DNA of 64,000 nucleotides, from positions 15,314,001 through 15,378,000 of the forward strand of contig CM102286.1 in the NCBI GenBank assembly GCA_046563655.1, given 5' to 3'. A program made the position numbers and the translations under genes. Positions 43,205 through 56,345 of the stretch are shown here, in pieces (position 1 is the first letter of the stretch; each line of letters starts with the position of its first letter). The notes under the pieces were generated by a model. It was given only the letters and a program-made list of their open reading frames with translations. It was not told the DNA's origin and did not search any database. Source of the stretch: Yuukianura sp. NJ FZ-2021 (lineage: Eukaryota).

Positions 43205-46111
43205 ATGCCAAAGGGTCAGTCCACAACCGTGTTTCGGCGTTGGAAGCACGTAGAATGCTCCGAAATTGAGGAGTTTGCTAAAACAAGGTCAAACCATAAA
43301 CCTACTTATGTTGAATTTTGGAGAACGTGTTCTCTTGTCAAGGTAAACTGTACTATTAGTGGTCATTTTCGTTAAGGTAGTTATTCACTCAATAATTCTT
43401 AATAATGTTCATTTCAGAACGGGACACGTACTGCAATGGGATGCAAAAATAAGTATTTGGAAATTATAAAATCCAAAACAACTTTGAATCCTGGAAACCG
43501 ACCTGTTGATATTTGGAACGGGCAGCAGGCGGCAAGTCCCATGAAACTGTTTCTGCAACGGGAAAAAGCGAAAGCTACGGAAGATAGCGATGGTTCGTTC
43601 TTGCATAAAAAGATGAGTATTATTTCTGCTAATAACAGTCGGTTTCATTTCAGACGAGATCGAGATTATTCGAGAAATAAAGGCGGAAAACACCAGCACA
43701 TTACAGTCTCAACTGAAGGCTTACGGATTTATCAAAACTGAAAAACAAACAGGAGAGGAATACTCCGATCGGTGCGGTTCACTGAATACGTCTAAAAAAC
43801 TACCTAGAAACCAAAGTCAACTGGACACCCCTGTTCAAGAAATTACACCTATATTCGTTGAAAGCCCTACATCATCATCATGGAAAACCAAGCCACAGTA
43901 CTTGCAAAAAAAAAGGAGGATTGACAGTTTCGACGTAGACGGTTAGTTTGTTTGTGAGTGACTACGTAGCAAGCATTACAGACTGAACCATTTTTATTGT
44001 TTTTCATTTTATATGCAGATGTTAGAGTCGAGAATTCGCCCAAGGCGACCACGTCACGCGCTGATATCAAGGAAGCTGATGAAACGATTTCTGTCACAAA
44101 GAATTTCCCACAGAATAGTGTTTGCCAGTCGTCTATCACACATCAGTCACCCATCCTTCCATCAGGTGATAATCATATCCCAAATTGGTTAAATGCTAAT
44201 TTCTCAGTTTGATTCAACTTTTGACTTTAGCAGCTAAGCGTTCAGGTTTGGTGATCAGTGCGGAGACAAGCAAAAAGTATATGAGTATGTATAAGCGGGT
44301 CAGATCACATCAAGATTCGGACATGAACGACATTCGTTTAATGGCGCTTAACATTGACACGTATGCTCACTCGCACACAGCCTAACCTAGAAGTAATATT
44401 ACAACTCACTGTTATATATTTTCTTACCTATTCCTTTTTAGTGTCGTCAACATTGCCTACGATATGCTCGGGTAATTGCTGATATTATATTCATTTTCGT
44501 CAAATGTTCAATTACTCACACTAACTAAACGCTTCCGTGACAGATTCACTTGTGAGTGCAATACCGAGAAAATGTTGGAATCAATTTTAATTCCTGAAAA
44601 GTCAACCGGAGAATCGGCCGACTTGAAAAAGCTTCTAATGTTGTAAGTGATTAGATTAAAGAGTTTATGTTGAATCTTTTTTATTTAATCATTTTTCTTT
44701 TTGTTGCAGCAACATCTTTGCAAGCCACAGTAATATTCGCTTCGTGGAAAAATTTGAAAGTATCGGCTTCAAGTTGTGTTCTGTAAGATTGGAGAATGTT
44801 GCGAACCCATCATGTAAAGCTTCTACAACGCAAGCAAGTTCATTGGCAGTTTTGCGTGAAAAAGATAGTAGTTCACTGCCTTGTACGCTAGAATCTGATG
44901 GTGATACATGCGGCCAAACTTCCCCACAGTATGAACTCACACAGTTAGCACCTGAGACGAATATTGAAAACGCCGAATCCACCACACCCAAGGGATTGGC
45001 TAGCAACATTGTAAAACTGGTAATACCTATGCAGTTGCTTAATTCCAATTAGGTTAGGTTTTCAATCCTTAGTTTTCTAACTCGCATTTTATTTTCCAGT
45101 CCGTTGATCGTGTTGCCAGAGTATACGTTCACGATTTGATGCAAGCGTACGGTATGCACCGGAATGGAAGTTTGTCACAAAAGATTACGGCAGTGTTGCA
45201 TAAAGGGGCAGAAATTCTTTCCAATTTGAATGGCAATCTCGCTGTAGTGACTGAGTTGGTTTACGTAAGTTTTTGCTGTAATTTAGCTACGCTGCTACTC
45301 ATGTTAAGCCTGGTTTTTTATATTTCAGTTACGAGTTGTGTCAAAGGCAGCTGGATCCGGAGTAAGGGTTGATATTTATCGAATGGAAAAGAACGTTCCA
45401 AAGGTGCGAAACGTCTTAATGTATTTTGGAACTGAATTGGAGACAATGATTTCTGAAGGCGACGTGGTTGTAGCAAATGGAGCTTGTAATAAACCCACAA
45501 ATTCAACAAAAGTCATATTCTTTAACCCGGCTTGGGCATTAATGGAAGTTATTCTGCTAAAACTGGTTGGTATTATCGATTTTATTCCCGTCTTTACTGC
45601 AATTGTGATGACAGCGGTTTAGTAATACGTTGTGATTTTTTAGGACATGCGGGAACTGGTTATCCCAATTGACGACAGGAGAGCTATCCCCGTGGGACCC
45701 ATGATGGACACTTTCCTCTTAGAGTGTACATTGGATATGGATTACGTAACATCTGTGGTCAAACTTGTTTGCAATGCAACTGAAGATGAAATTTTTGCCG
45801 TCATTTCGAATCCAATGTTTAAGAACAAAATTCTGCTTACATTTGAAAACTTATTTAACGACAAGGTGCAAGTGAGAATTACTGACAACCCAACTAGTGA
45901 TGAAAATGATCAAGATTATGCGTTTTTACGAGTAAAGCCGTTATTCTGTTCCAATAACGTTTTTACTTTGGAACCAAACGATACAATTAACTCATACTTT
46001 GAATTCGACCCCATTGAGTGCGACAAAGTGAATCGGCTGCTGCTGATGTTTGTTGCATCCACATCAACACAACATGTGACAGTCTCTCTGGAGTTGGTAC
46101 TTCATCACTAA
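43205..46111 (+). CDS. Multi-exon protein with N-terminal Myb/SANT domain and a shared unknown helical domain (paralog 1)
   Basis: RRWKHVECSEIEEFAK...PTYVEFWRT...|NGTRTAMGCKNKY. Central exons align with the gene at 51552. Internal exon structure around 43540-44230 is uncertain. Confidence 0.7.
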
Positions 46112-46498
46112 GACCACGGAATTAAAATGTGGTTTAAACAATTCTTTCAAGATTATGTCACCAGTGATTTTGACTGTAAATTATGACACCCAACGTGTAT
46201 AAGAATTTTTAAATTAATTTCAAATTATGCATCAGTAACATTTGGTGTATTAAATCTAGTAAAACCTTACGCCAGGTATATGATTGTAAATAATAGGGCA
46301 TTTAAAAAGCTAAATAAACTGACTGACTAAAATTGATGAAAGAATTTTTTAGGTAGTCACAATTATTGAGCCACTATTACAATGAGAGACAGCTAGAAGA
46401 GTGGGCATTTTGTTTTTTTTTCTTCACAGTTGCGAAATTAAACAGTACGGCTTTCAAGGAAAGTTGCGGGCAGACGTTTCAAAGGAGTTACAGCAAAA

Positions 46499-46803
46499 GT
46501 CGGGTTCATATGCGAACCCTTTCACTTAGGGAATAGGGGAAGGAATGCAGTTTCTGCCTTTCAGCTTCGTTTGACGAAGCTCACAAAATCCTGTCTGCCC
46601 AACCCTTTTGGAGCAGTTTTTCTGCCGCAGTTTTGTGAGTGTAAACAGAAGCCGCAACTCCTTTCGGCAGAATAACGTGCCAGCAACTTTTGATTTGATA
46701 AAATTTTCTCCACATTCCATTCTCTAATGTGAACACGCATCAGCAGAGACCACCCAGAATTCGAGCAGAAATCTGCGAGTTGCGGTGTAATGTGAATCCA
46801 GCA
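46499..46803. mobile_element. Second remnant of the same old transposon family, opposite orientation
   Basis: Imperfect terminal inverted motifs GTCGGGTTCATAT / ATGTGAATCCAGC, and internal similarity to 42703-42842. Confidence 0.5.
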
Positions 46804-46958
46804 TTACGTTGAAGAAGTACTGTGTTAATTGTTTGGCACCAGTCTAACCACCCAACAGAGGTTGCTGAGCGATAGTTAGTTGGCTTGGAGTAAGGTCACA
46901 GAAGAAATGTATCGGACTCAAGTTACGCATGTGGACAGTTAACTAGTTAACCTCAGAA

Positions 46959-49264
46959 ATGGGTAAGTTGTTGGCCTTTAATCCGTTTCTATTCATGTTG
47001 TGTAAACTTTTTTTAATTTGTCCTTTATCAGATGTCAATTTGGATGGAATTGTGATTTCTACCACATCGTGGAAGTGCTTGCCTTTATCCATTGGAAACA
47101 TGAGCATATTTGGTCGACTAGAATGTAAAATCGTTTCTTCGTCCTGGCTTAAGGGATCGGCAATTGCTTCGAGTCCAATAATTGTAAAGGTGTACATGAC
47201 AGAGTACTCTGGCTTTGATTTGAGCATTGTGTTGCAAAGTGACAATCGTATCGACTTCAAATACGTTCTTAACCACATCTACAACTCGTTTTATGATGCA
47301 TTAAATGATAATGTAGTAAGTCATCGCATCAATGTTATTTATAACAAACAGCAAGTTGACAATTCTTCTATAATTCAACTGTTTTCAATTATTTATAGAT
47401 GGCGGGTCGGAACACGTCTGTTCGGTATAGCCAAATGCGAGGCAAAGAAAACTTTTTGTCGTCGTCCTCATTCGTAGTGTTTATTGAAGATATTGAGATT
47501 TTTGGAAGTGTTTTACATCACTATGTTAACAATCGATTGCCCGAGTATAAACCTCTGTTTGTTCTCTGCAAATTCGGACAGAGTGGATCGTTTCAACGAA
47601 TGGCTTCTATTTTGTCGTCTATCTCATCAATGGAAGACGTATGTGAACTCGTTTTGCACGTAGCATATGATTTACCTGCTGATCAAGGAAAAATCCTACT
47701 TTGGAACAGAAGTGTGGTGTTTGATAAAATGAATCATATTAACAATTTGTATACTTTCGAGTACTTCGTTGGCGGTATCCCTGGTTACGGAAACTTCACA
47801 TTTGAGTCAAAAGTACATGAGCCTACCATGATTCTCGGAAGTTCGAAACTTAAGAAAATCAAGTTTTACTCTTCATTAGGAAAGTATCTTAGCAGTCAAC
47901 CCAATGTACCATTTTCTCAACCAAAGGTTTCCGAACTGCTTCTGAAACTATCAGTCTTTGATAAGCAAGAAATTAAAGACTCATCAAAATTGACGGAATG
48001 CTTTCAAGACATAAATTGCATTCGTGGAATTGTTGACAAGATACAAACGGAATCGCAATATGCTAGATGTGAATTGATCATCAATGCCACTATTCGCGAC
48101 TCTATTCAGGAAACACTACAAGATGTACGTACACTCGCCGAATCAATTGTTCTGCAGCTCGAGCTTACAAAGTGTATTCAGCAATTCACGTCACAGCGTA
48201 TGTATTTCTTGATTGATCGAACCGTAGGATGTTGCTTGGACACAATTCTAGAACAACTCGTAGCAGCAGATGAAGCTATTGCAAATAGAAGGAATTATCT
48301 TCTACCCATTGACAAGTACAAGAGTTTACTCACCTGCGAAGCAATAGTTTGCTTTATGTTCAGAGGGAGTGCAGTATCGACAGGAGGAGTTCGTAGGCAC
48401 GACAATCAACTTTTACGTGTATTGGAACTTGTTCCAGGAGCATTCCGAGACTCATTCAGCCGTTCGGAATATCTTTTTGACGCAATATCTACTGTTGTCA
48501 AAATTGAAAATGGAAAAGTATGTTTCCATGGCCCTACTGAATTTCTCCCTCAGTACTTGTCAAAATTAAAATTGGATCCGGCTAAAGATTTCACATTTGG
48601 AGACCTTTTCAATGCCTTACACGAACGTTCAAAAATTGCTTACGCCGCGAAAATCGTCGCCGCCTGGATATTTTCATGCACCATCTACAATTTGCTTGGA
48701 AGAAAACAATCAAGTACAAATTGTGCCTTGACACATAGATCTGTTGCATCATGTAAAGACTTGACCATTGGTAGCGGATATGAAGTGGTGAAACTGCTTG
48801 GGAATAGTTCAAGTTCAATCATGTGGATTATAGATGAATGCAGGAAAGTGGCAGAAAGATATGGCTTAAAGGATTGCTGGACTCGGGCACTAGCCTGTGA
48901 GTTAGAGAAATGTGGATTTAGAAATAAGGATTACGTTTGTTTCAACTATGGAGCATTAGGAGACAGCTGTATAATTGTTTTGCCATATATTTGCCTTAAC
49001 TTGGACAAGATTCATATTGCTGTTCCGATATGGGTTAACGTAATAACCTCCGTTTTAAATGATGAAACGGAAAGTAATGACAAGGTAGTCCTAGCTGCCC
49101 AAGTAGAGGTTTTGTTACAACGTTCAGTAGAAAAGTTGAGCAGTACTCAAAGGGCATCAGTTAAAATACGCGACATGATCGGTAAATTATTTGATAATGA
49201 TGGTTTTACAAACTGTCAATCTGAAGAGTACAAATTGCTGTTCCAAAATCCCTTTCCGTTCTAA
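46959..49264 (+). CDS. Orphan protein of ~717 aa with a 1.87-kb final exon
   Basis: 621-codon open frame at 47399-49264 is preceded by a TTTATAG acceptor. Upstream exons 46959-46962 (ATGG|GTAAGT) and 47032-47315 join in frame. No family recognised with certainty. Confidence 0.8.
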
Positions 49265-49598
49265 TTAATTTAATTTGTAAAAATTTAACGCTGTTTTAGA
49301 GCAGCTGTTTATAAGCCTGATATAAATAAAGCTGTGGATAGAGAAATTCTACATTCGTTGTTCTGCAAGTTGGTTGTGGTTTGGGTTTTGCATTGAATAG
49401 TAGTTTTCGTTCTTTTTGTGGTAAATTCAAATTTGTTGCAGGTACCATCCAATTGCTTTCTGCAGTGGAGTAAAGATATCTGCTCGCACAAGTCGTCCCC
49501 CTCCTCTTTTTGTTCAGTTTAATGGTTCATTTATCAGATTAAGAAGCATAAAGTAAATTAACAACGTTTCAGTTAAAGTTGGCAATTTTACTTTTAAA

Positions 49599-50014
49599 AT
49601 GCGGAGACACTGCAGTACAAGTATGAATCGGAATCATTGGCTGCCGTCGGAAGTAGCTGAACTTGTTGCATTTGCAAAGAAATGGCCGAAGGGAAACCCA
49701 ATGCGCATCGAATTCTGGGATACCTTCTCAGCGGTTAAGGTTAGTAGCACAATATAAACTTGCTTCTGAGAAAGATAAATTGGCGGCTATTGTCGGGTGT
49801 TGTATTTCTTTTTTTTTGTCAGAACGGACGTCATACAGCCAGTAACTGCAGAGACAGATACGAATGTATTGAAGTGAATCGAAGGGTTGTGCATTCTAAC
49901 AATGAATCATGGATTTCCCTTGGGATAGAAAAATTGCAGAATGAAGGCACTATATTTCGCCATCCTAGCTATACACCCCGAAATAAAGGAACCATGCGTA
50001 AGACAATTCCATAG
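49599..50014 (+). CDS. Short or truncated Myb/SANT protein (paralog 2)
   Basis: HWLPSEVAELVAFAKK...PMRIEFWDTFSAVK|NGRHTASNCRDRY, with the intron at the same position as in the genes at 43205 and 51552. 3' end unclear, next to a transposon. Confidence 0.65.
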
Positions 50015-50143
50015 CCTAACCTCTGTTAAATGAAGCCCAAAAGCGTCAGGCTAAAATTTCGTTTGACAATAGACAGCCAATTTAAAAGCTTCTGTATTTT
50101 GAATTTGCCTTTAACCGCGTTAAACAAACCGTTTTCAAAACTA

Positions 50144-51286
50144 CCGTATTTTCCCGTAGATAATACGCGTATTATGTATGAAATTTCAAGGAATTTGGGC
50201 GAGAATTTTGTTTTTAATTTTGAAATCAAAGAAAAATTTTCACTGTAAAACGTAATGATGCTTTTGCCACTAAACCTAAACTATTCTAACTTAACTAAAC
50301 CTAATTTTTTGGAGAGATTGACCCGAGAGCATTTTTTTTCTGCCACGTACGCCCGAAAAATCTCCAACTTTTCCAACAAATCCTTCGGAAGTGACCAACC
50401 GCAGTACTTTATCGTATTGAAAACTTGTTTCTTTTTATGAATCTGACATACCAAGCATCACAAGCGCAAAACTCGGGTAATTCCTTTCATTTGTGTAGTG
50501 TCAAAGCCATACATTTCATGGAGTGTAGCGTAAATTTCATAAGTTTAAATGAGAATTGGTTAACGTTGATTTTAAATTTGAAAGAGTCCTGTACCTTACT
50601 GAAGTCCCTGCTACCCGGGCTCTCAGGTTACGTTTTAGAAAAAGTCGACTCACTAAACTAGAAGCTTGGGTTATAGTAAAGCGATCTAGTCCGTTTTACT
50701 ACTTAGAAATTTTTTTCGAGTGACATGACCTATGACAACCCAAAAAATGACCTCTACAAAAGTTGTTGGGCTTGATGAGGGGATCATTTTTGTCCTGTGA
50801 CATATGACCCTGTGACCTTCCGTTGAGGCGATAGGTCAATTTGAAAGTTAGTTAGGTTAGGTTAGGTTAAACCTTCAAATTGACCTATCGCCTCAACGGA
50901 AGGTCACAGGGTCATATGTCACAGGACAAAAAATGATCCTCTCATCAAGCCCAACAACTTTTGTAGAGGTCATTTTTTGGGTTGTCATAGGTCATGTCAC
51001 TCGAAAAAAATTTCTAAGTAAAACGGACTAGATCGCTTTACTACAACCGAAGCTTGAACTCGGCGGTGTACGATTTTCGTAATATCTTTTGTTTAGGATT
51101 CATGGTTGGTTAAGGTCAAAAGTATAAATTAAATGCGTACATTTAAATTAAAAAAAAGTTTCCAGAAAAATGAATTATTCTTAGATTGGGAAGCTTAATA
51201 CGCGTTGTTCCCGCCCAAACCCAGTTTTAGTAAATTTTTAGACTGCGTACTATACACGGGAGCGTATTATAGACGCGAAAATACGG
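50144..51286. mobile_element. Non-autonomous Tc1/mariner-superfamily (Tc2/pogo-type) element, TA TSD
   Basis: TA|CCGTATTTTCCCGTAGATAATACGC ... GCGTATTATAGACGCGAAAATACGG|TA. Confidence 0.8.
50669..51048. mobile_element. Foldback MITE (GG...CC termini, 8-bp TSD GAAGCTTG; Merlin- or MULE-like) with TTAGG repeats at its centre
   Basis: Near-perfect ~180-bp arms. TSD at 50661-50668 and 51049-51056. Centre TTAGTTAGGTTAGGTTAGGTTA. Confidence 0.9.
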
Positions 51287-51551
51287 TATTAGCTGTCAGT
51301 TGTGTTTTGCGTGTCAGAGTGAGTGATTGTGCTATTGGCTTAGAACAATATTGAAGGTTAGTAGATCTGCATCAAAAACACAGTTTTTCAGTGTTGCTGC
51401 CTATTGTCACAAAAAGCTTTGTAGTCGCTTTTCCTGATTAATTTTGTAAATACTCTTCTGGAGTTTTCTGCAAGTGGCGCTCATACCTCAATCAAGTGTT
51501 TCGTTTGTTCTGTTTCAAGTGTCGGGGATCAATTCACATAGAATTGGAAAA

Positions 51552-53088
51552 ATGGAATGGCCCGCGTCAGAAATCTGTGAGCTGATTGCATTTGCAGAGA
51601 AAGCATCGGACCGAGATCCTACTCACGAGGAGTTCTGGGACACCTTTTCCTCAGTTATGGTTGGTTCTAATATTTAGTTTTCATACTTATTTTTTCCATT
51701 TATTTTTAAATGTCCTAACACGTAATGTATTTTTGTTTATATTAGACTGGAGATCGAACTGCACTGAACTGCAAAGAAAAATACCAAAGCATTGCAAATA
51801 ATTTCACGTCATGTCGTTCACGAAATGCACACTCTCCATGCCAAGATGTTGTTGTAGACGCTGACAAATGCATCTTTCATCTAGGATCAAAGAAAAGAAA
51901 GATAGAAAAGGAGGCATCCAGTTTGCCTTTGCAGGAGGCTGAAGCTTCAGCTATACTTGACAATGACGGTAAAAATAATAAATAACAATGCATGTTTGCA
52001 TGACATGAACAATTTCTAAGTGTCCAAAATTCTATTTGTTTCTCATCGTACAGCTTTGGACAAGAGTAAATCAGGTCTGTCAAAGGAAAGCATCCCGCAG
52101 CAGAAAGCTTCTTCCGAAGATGACCAAAGGAACGTGTTTGCGGAAACTGATGTATCCGACGCAAATGTTGAAAATAACTACCTAGATGACATAGGTAAAC
52201 CAAAAATAGGTTTGTTTACGTTTTTTCACACCAGTCCCTACGTGACTACTACTTCTATTATAATGAATGAATGGGAAAAGATGTATTTTTCTGAATAGTT
52301 GGTCGGGAACTTGTGCTCAACAGTACGACTTTTACAACGTACTACGAGATGTACTGCTCAATCAAGGCAAATGTGTCATCAGCTACGCGGGAAATGCAAC
52401 TGATTGCAGGCAACATCGACAGGTTATATAGCTTAAGCGAAACTTAAAAGCTATTACGTTCCGTATAAAGGTATAACACGCGTATATTCCTTTTTTCAGG
52501 GTTCTGCAAATGACTTATAAGTTGTTGGGGTAAGACACATATGTCAATATTAGGTATAACCTAAGTATATACGTAATAATTTTTACTATTTAACTCTAGT
52601 TATGATGGTGCAACAAATCCTCACAAAATGCTGTCCGAAATTTTTGAGCCAGACATACCGAAGAGCGGAGATGAAGCAGATTTGACACGTATTTTGCTTT
52701 TGTAAGACTTATTTAAGTATAGGTATATTCAAACTTTAGTAAGCAAGAAACTAGTATTTATATATATATTTGAAATTCTAGTACCATCTACGCAAGCTTC
52801 AGTTATGTGAAGATGTTAAACAAGTGTACAATTGGAATCAATACGATGGTACCATTAGAGTCTAGCGCACCGTCAACATCTTCACCTTTGAAAAAGGATT
52901 TCCCTGCCATGTCGCGTACAAAGAATCAATCTGAATGCAAGCAAACGGAAGGCGACAACAGAAAGACAAAAGAAGAGAAAAAAACTAGAGCTTCCAAATC
53001 CGCTAAGAAAATGATCGGTTCGACCAAATCCAGACAGAAAAAACAAATTTCAGCTTCTAGCTCAACGGAAGTTTCTAAAAAAATATAA
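51552..53088 (+). CDS. Multi-exon Myb/SANT protein with the shared unknown domain and a basic tail (paralog 3)
   Basis: MEWPASEICELIAFAEK...PTHEEFWDTFSSVM|TGDRTALNCKEKY. Central exons are homologous to the gene at 43205, including a 30-nt micro-exon. Confidence 0.75.
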
Positions 53089-53449
53089 TCGACTTGAAAT
53101 ATGACGTAGTATATTCTACTAACCAATCTATTCACCAAGGTTGTAATTTAATATTGCAATAAATGTTTATAATAGCCCTAGCCCATGTTCTCAACAAACT
53201 TTCACTGCTATTATACCAAATTCAAATTTTTATCATATTCAAAACGTCATACTACAGAAAATTGCCGACGAGGGATTGTGAAGTATAAGGTTCGCCAACC
53301 GATTGCACACGCTTGAAGTTGGCCTTGTTTTTCATTTTGTTGAACAAATAATTTAAATCCTTTTTACTGCAATCCTAAATTTTTACAAATTGTTACCCAA
53401 AGAGAATACCAAATACATTTAAATTTAATCCGATGCTAGAATATAATAC

Positions 53450-56345
53450 AGAATTGGAGTCCCGAGAAGACTCCCAAATGGAATCCAAAACTGGAGTCCC
53501 AAAGGTAACGCCAAAGGAAGCCAAAACTGGAGTCCGCTGTATGTTCCAGAATTGGAGTCAAAAATAGATTTCAAAACTAGCCCTTAAAACACGAAATAAA
53601 GTTCAAAACTGGAAACCCAAAAAGAACCCCAAATGAATTGCAAAATTGAAATTCCAAATCAAACCCCAAATGGAGTCCCAAAGTAAGTCCCAAATGCTAT
53701 CCAAAATTGGAGTCCTAAAGAGAGTCCAAAATGAAATCCAAAATTAGACTCCCAAAGAAAACCCCAAAGTGAATCCCAAATTGGACTCCTAAAGTGAGTC
53801 CAAAATGAAATCCAAAATTGGAGTCCTAAAGGGAACCCCAAAGTGAATCCCAAATTGGAGTCCCAAAGGGAGTCCAAAATGAAACCCAAAATTGGAGTCC
53901 TAAAGGGAACCCCAAAGTGAATCCCAAATTGGAGTCCCAAATGCTATCCGAAACTGGAGTCCTAAAGAGAGTCCAAAATGAAATCCAAAATTGGAGTCCT
54001 AAAGGGAACCCCAAAGTGAATCCGAAATTGGAGTCCCAAATGCTATCCTAAATTGGAGTCCTAAAGAGAGTCCAAAATGAAATCCAAAATTGGAGTCCCA
54101 AATTCAACCCCAAATGGAGTTCGAAATCGGACTCCCAAAGAGAGTCCCAAATGCTATCCAAAATTGGAGTCCTAAAGAGAGTCCAAAATGAAATCCAAAA
54201 TTAGACTCCCAAAGAAAACCCCAAAGTGAATCCCAAATTGGACTCCTAAAGTGAGTCCAAAATGAAATCCAAAATTGGAGTCCTAAAGGGAACCCCAAAG
54301 TGAATCCCAAATTGGAGTCCCAAAGGGAGTCCAAAATGAAACCCAAAATTGGAGTCCTAAAGGGAACCCCAAAGTGAATCCCAAATTGGAGTCCCAAATG
54401 CTATCCGAAACTGGAGTCCTAAAGAGAGTCCAAAATGAAATCCAAAATTGGAGTCCCAAAGAAAACCCCAAATGGAGTTCGAAATCGGACTCCCAAAGAG
54501 AGTCCCAAATGCTATCCGAAATTGGAGTCCTAAAGAGAGTCCAAAATGAAATTCAAAATTGGAGTCCCAAATTCAACCCCAAATGGAGTTCGAAATCGGA
54601 CTCCCAAAGAGAGTCCCAAATGCTATCCGAAATTGGAGTCCTAAAGAGAGTCCAAAATGAAATCCAAAATTGGAGTCCCAAATTCAACCCCAAATGGAGT
54701 TCGAAATCGGACTCCCAAAGAGAGTCCCAAATGCTATCTGAAATTGGAGTCCTAAAGTGAATCCCAAATTGGACTCCTAAAGAGAGTCCAAAATGAAATC
54801 CAGAATTGGAGTCCTAAAGGGAACCCCAAAGTGAATCCCAAATTGGAGTCCCAAATTCAACCCCAAATGGAGTTCCAAATCGGACTCCCAAAGAAAGTCC
54901 CAAATGATATCCGAAACTGGAGTCCTAAAGAGAGTCCAAAATGAAATCCAAAATTAGACTCCCAAAGGGAACCCCAAAGTGAATCCCAAATTGGACTCCT
55001 AAAGAAAGTCCAAAATGAAATCCAAAATTGGAGTCCTAAAGGGAACCCCAAAGTGAATCCCAAATTGGAGTCCCAAATGCTATCCTAAATTGGAGTCCTA
55101 AAGAGAGTCCAAAATGAAATCCAAAATTGGAGTCCCAAAGAAAACCCCAAATGGAGTTCGAAATCGGACTCCCAAAGAGAGTCCCAAATGCTATCCGAAA
55201 TTGGAGTCCTAAAGAGAGTCCAAAATGAAATTCAAAATTGGAGTCCCAAATTCAACCCCAAATGGAGTTCGAAATCGGACTCCCAAAGAGAGTCCCAAAT
55301 GCTATCCGAAATTGGAGTCCTAAAGAGAGTCCAAAATGAAATCCAAAATTGGAGTCCCAAATTCAACCCCAAATGGAGTTCGAAATCGGACTCCCAAAGA
55401 GAGTCCCAAATGCTATCTGAAATTGGAGTCCTAAAGTGAATCCCAAATTGGACTCCTAAAGAGAGTCCAAAATGAAATCCAGAATTGGAGTCCTAAAGGG
55501 AACCCCAAAGTGAATCCCAAATTGGAGTCCCAAATTCAACCCCAAATGGAGTTCCAAATCGGACTCCCAAAGAAAGTCCCAAATGATATCCGAAACTGGA
55601 GTCCTAAAGAGAGTCCAAAATGAAATCCAAAATTAGACTCCCAAAGGGAACCCCAAAGTGAATCCCAAATTGGACTCCTAAAGAAAGTCCAAAATGAAAT
55701 CCAAAATTGAGTCCTAAAGGGAACCCCAAAGTGAATCCCAAATTGGAGTCCCAAATGCTATCCGAAACTGGAGTCCTAAAGAGAGTCCAAAATGAAATCC
55801 AAAATTGGAGTCCTAAAGGGAACCCCAAAGTGAATCCCAAATTGGAGTCCCAAATGCTATCCGAAATTGGAGTCCTAAAGAGAGTCCAAAATGAAATACA
55901 AAATTGGAGTCCCAAATTCAACCCCAAATGGAGTTCGAAATCGGACTCCCAAAGAGAGTCCCAAATGCTATCCGAAATTGGAGTCCTAAAGAGAGTCCAA
56001 AATGAAATCCAAAATTGGAGTCCTAAAGGGAACCCCAAAGTGAATCCCAAATTGGAGTCCCAAATGCTATCTGAAATTGGAGTCCTAAAGAGAGTCCAAA
56101 ATAAATCCGAAATTGGAGTCCCAAATTCAACCCCAAATAGAGTTCCAAATCAGACTCCCAAAGAGAGTCCCAAATGCTATCCGAAATTGGAGTCCTAAAG
56201 AGAGTCCAAAATGAAGTCCAAAATTGGACTCCCAAAGGAAACCCCAAATGAAATCCGAAATTGGATTCCCAAAGAGAGTCCCAAATGCTATCCAAAATTG
56301 GACTCCCAAAGGGAACCCCAAATGACATCCAAAATTGAATTCCCA
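53450..56345. repeat. Satellite array 2: 12-bp-based (AAAATTGGAGTC / CTAAAGAGAGTC / CAAAATGAAATC) with 108-, 445- and 679-bp higher-order units
   Basis: TTGGAGTCC cores at multiples of 12 bp. Higher-order periods are visible as repeated identical pseudo-ORFs (53659/54104; 54857/55536). Confidence 0.95.

Noticed and set aside
42703..46676. Inverted pair as TIRs of one element carrying the Myb gene
   Set aside because: The matching segments are internal to two separately decayed short elements and no shared TSD was found.
43205..51800. Myb domains as TRF-type telobox proteins
   Set aside because: They lack the LKDKWR telobox signature (CKNKY, CRDRY, CKEKY instead), so telomere binding remains only a hypothesis.
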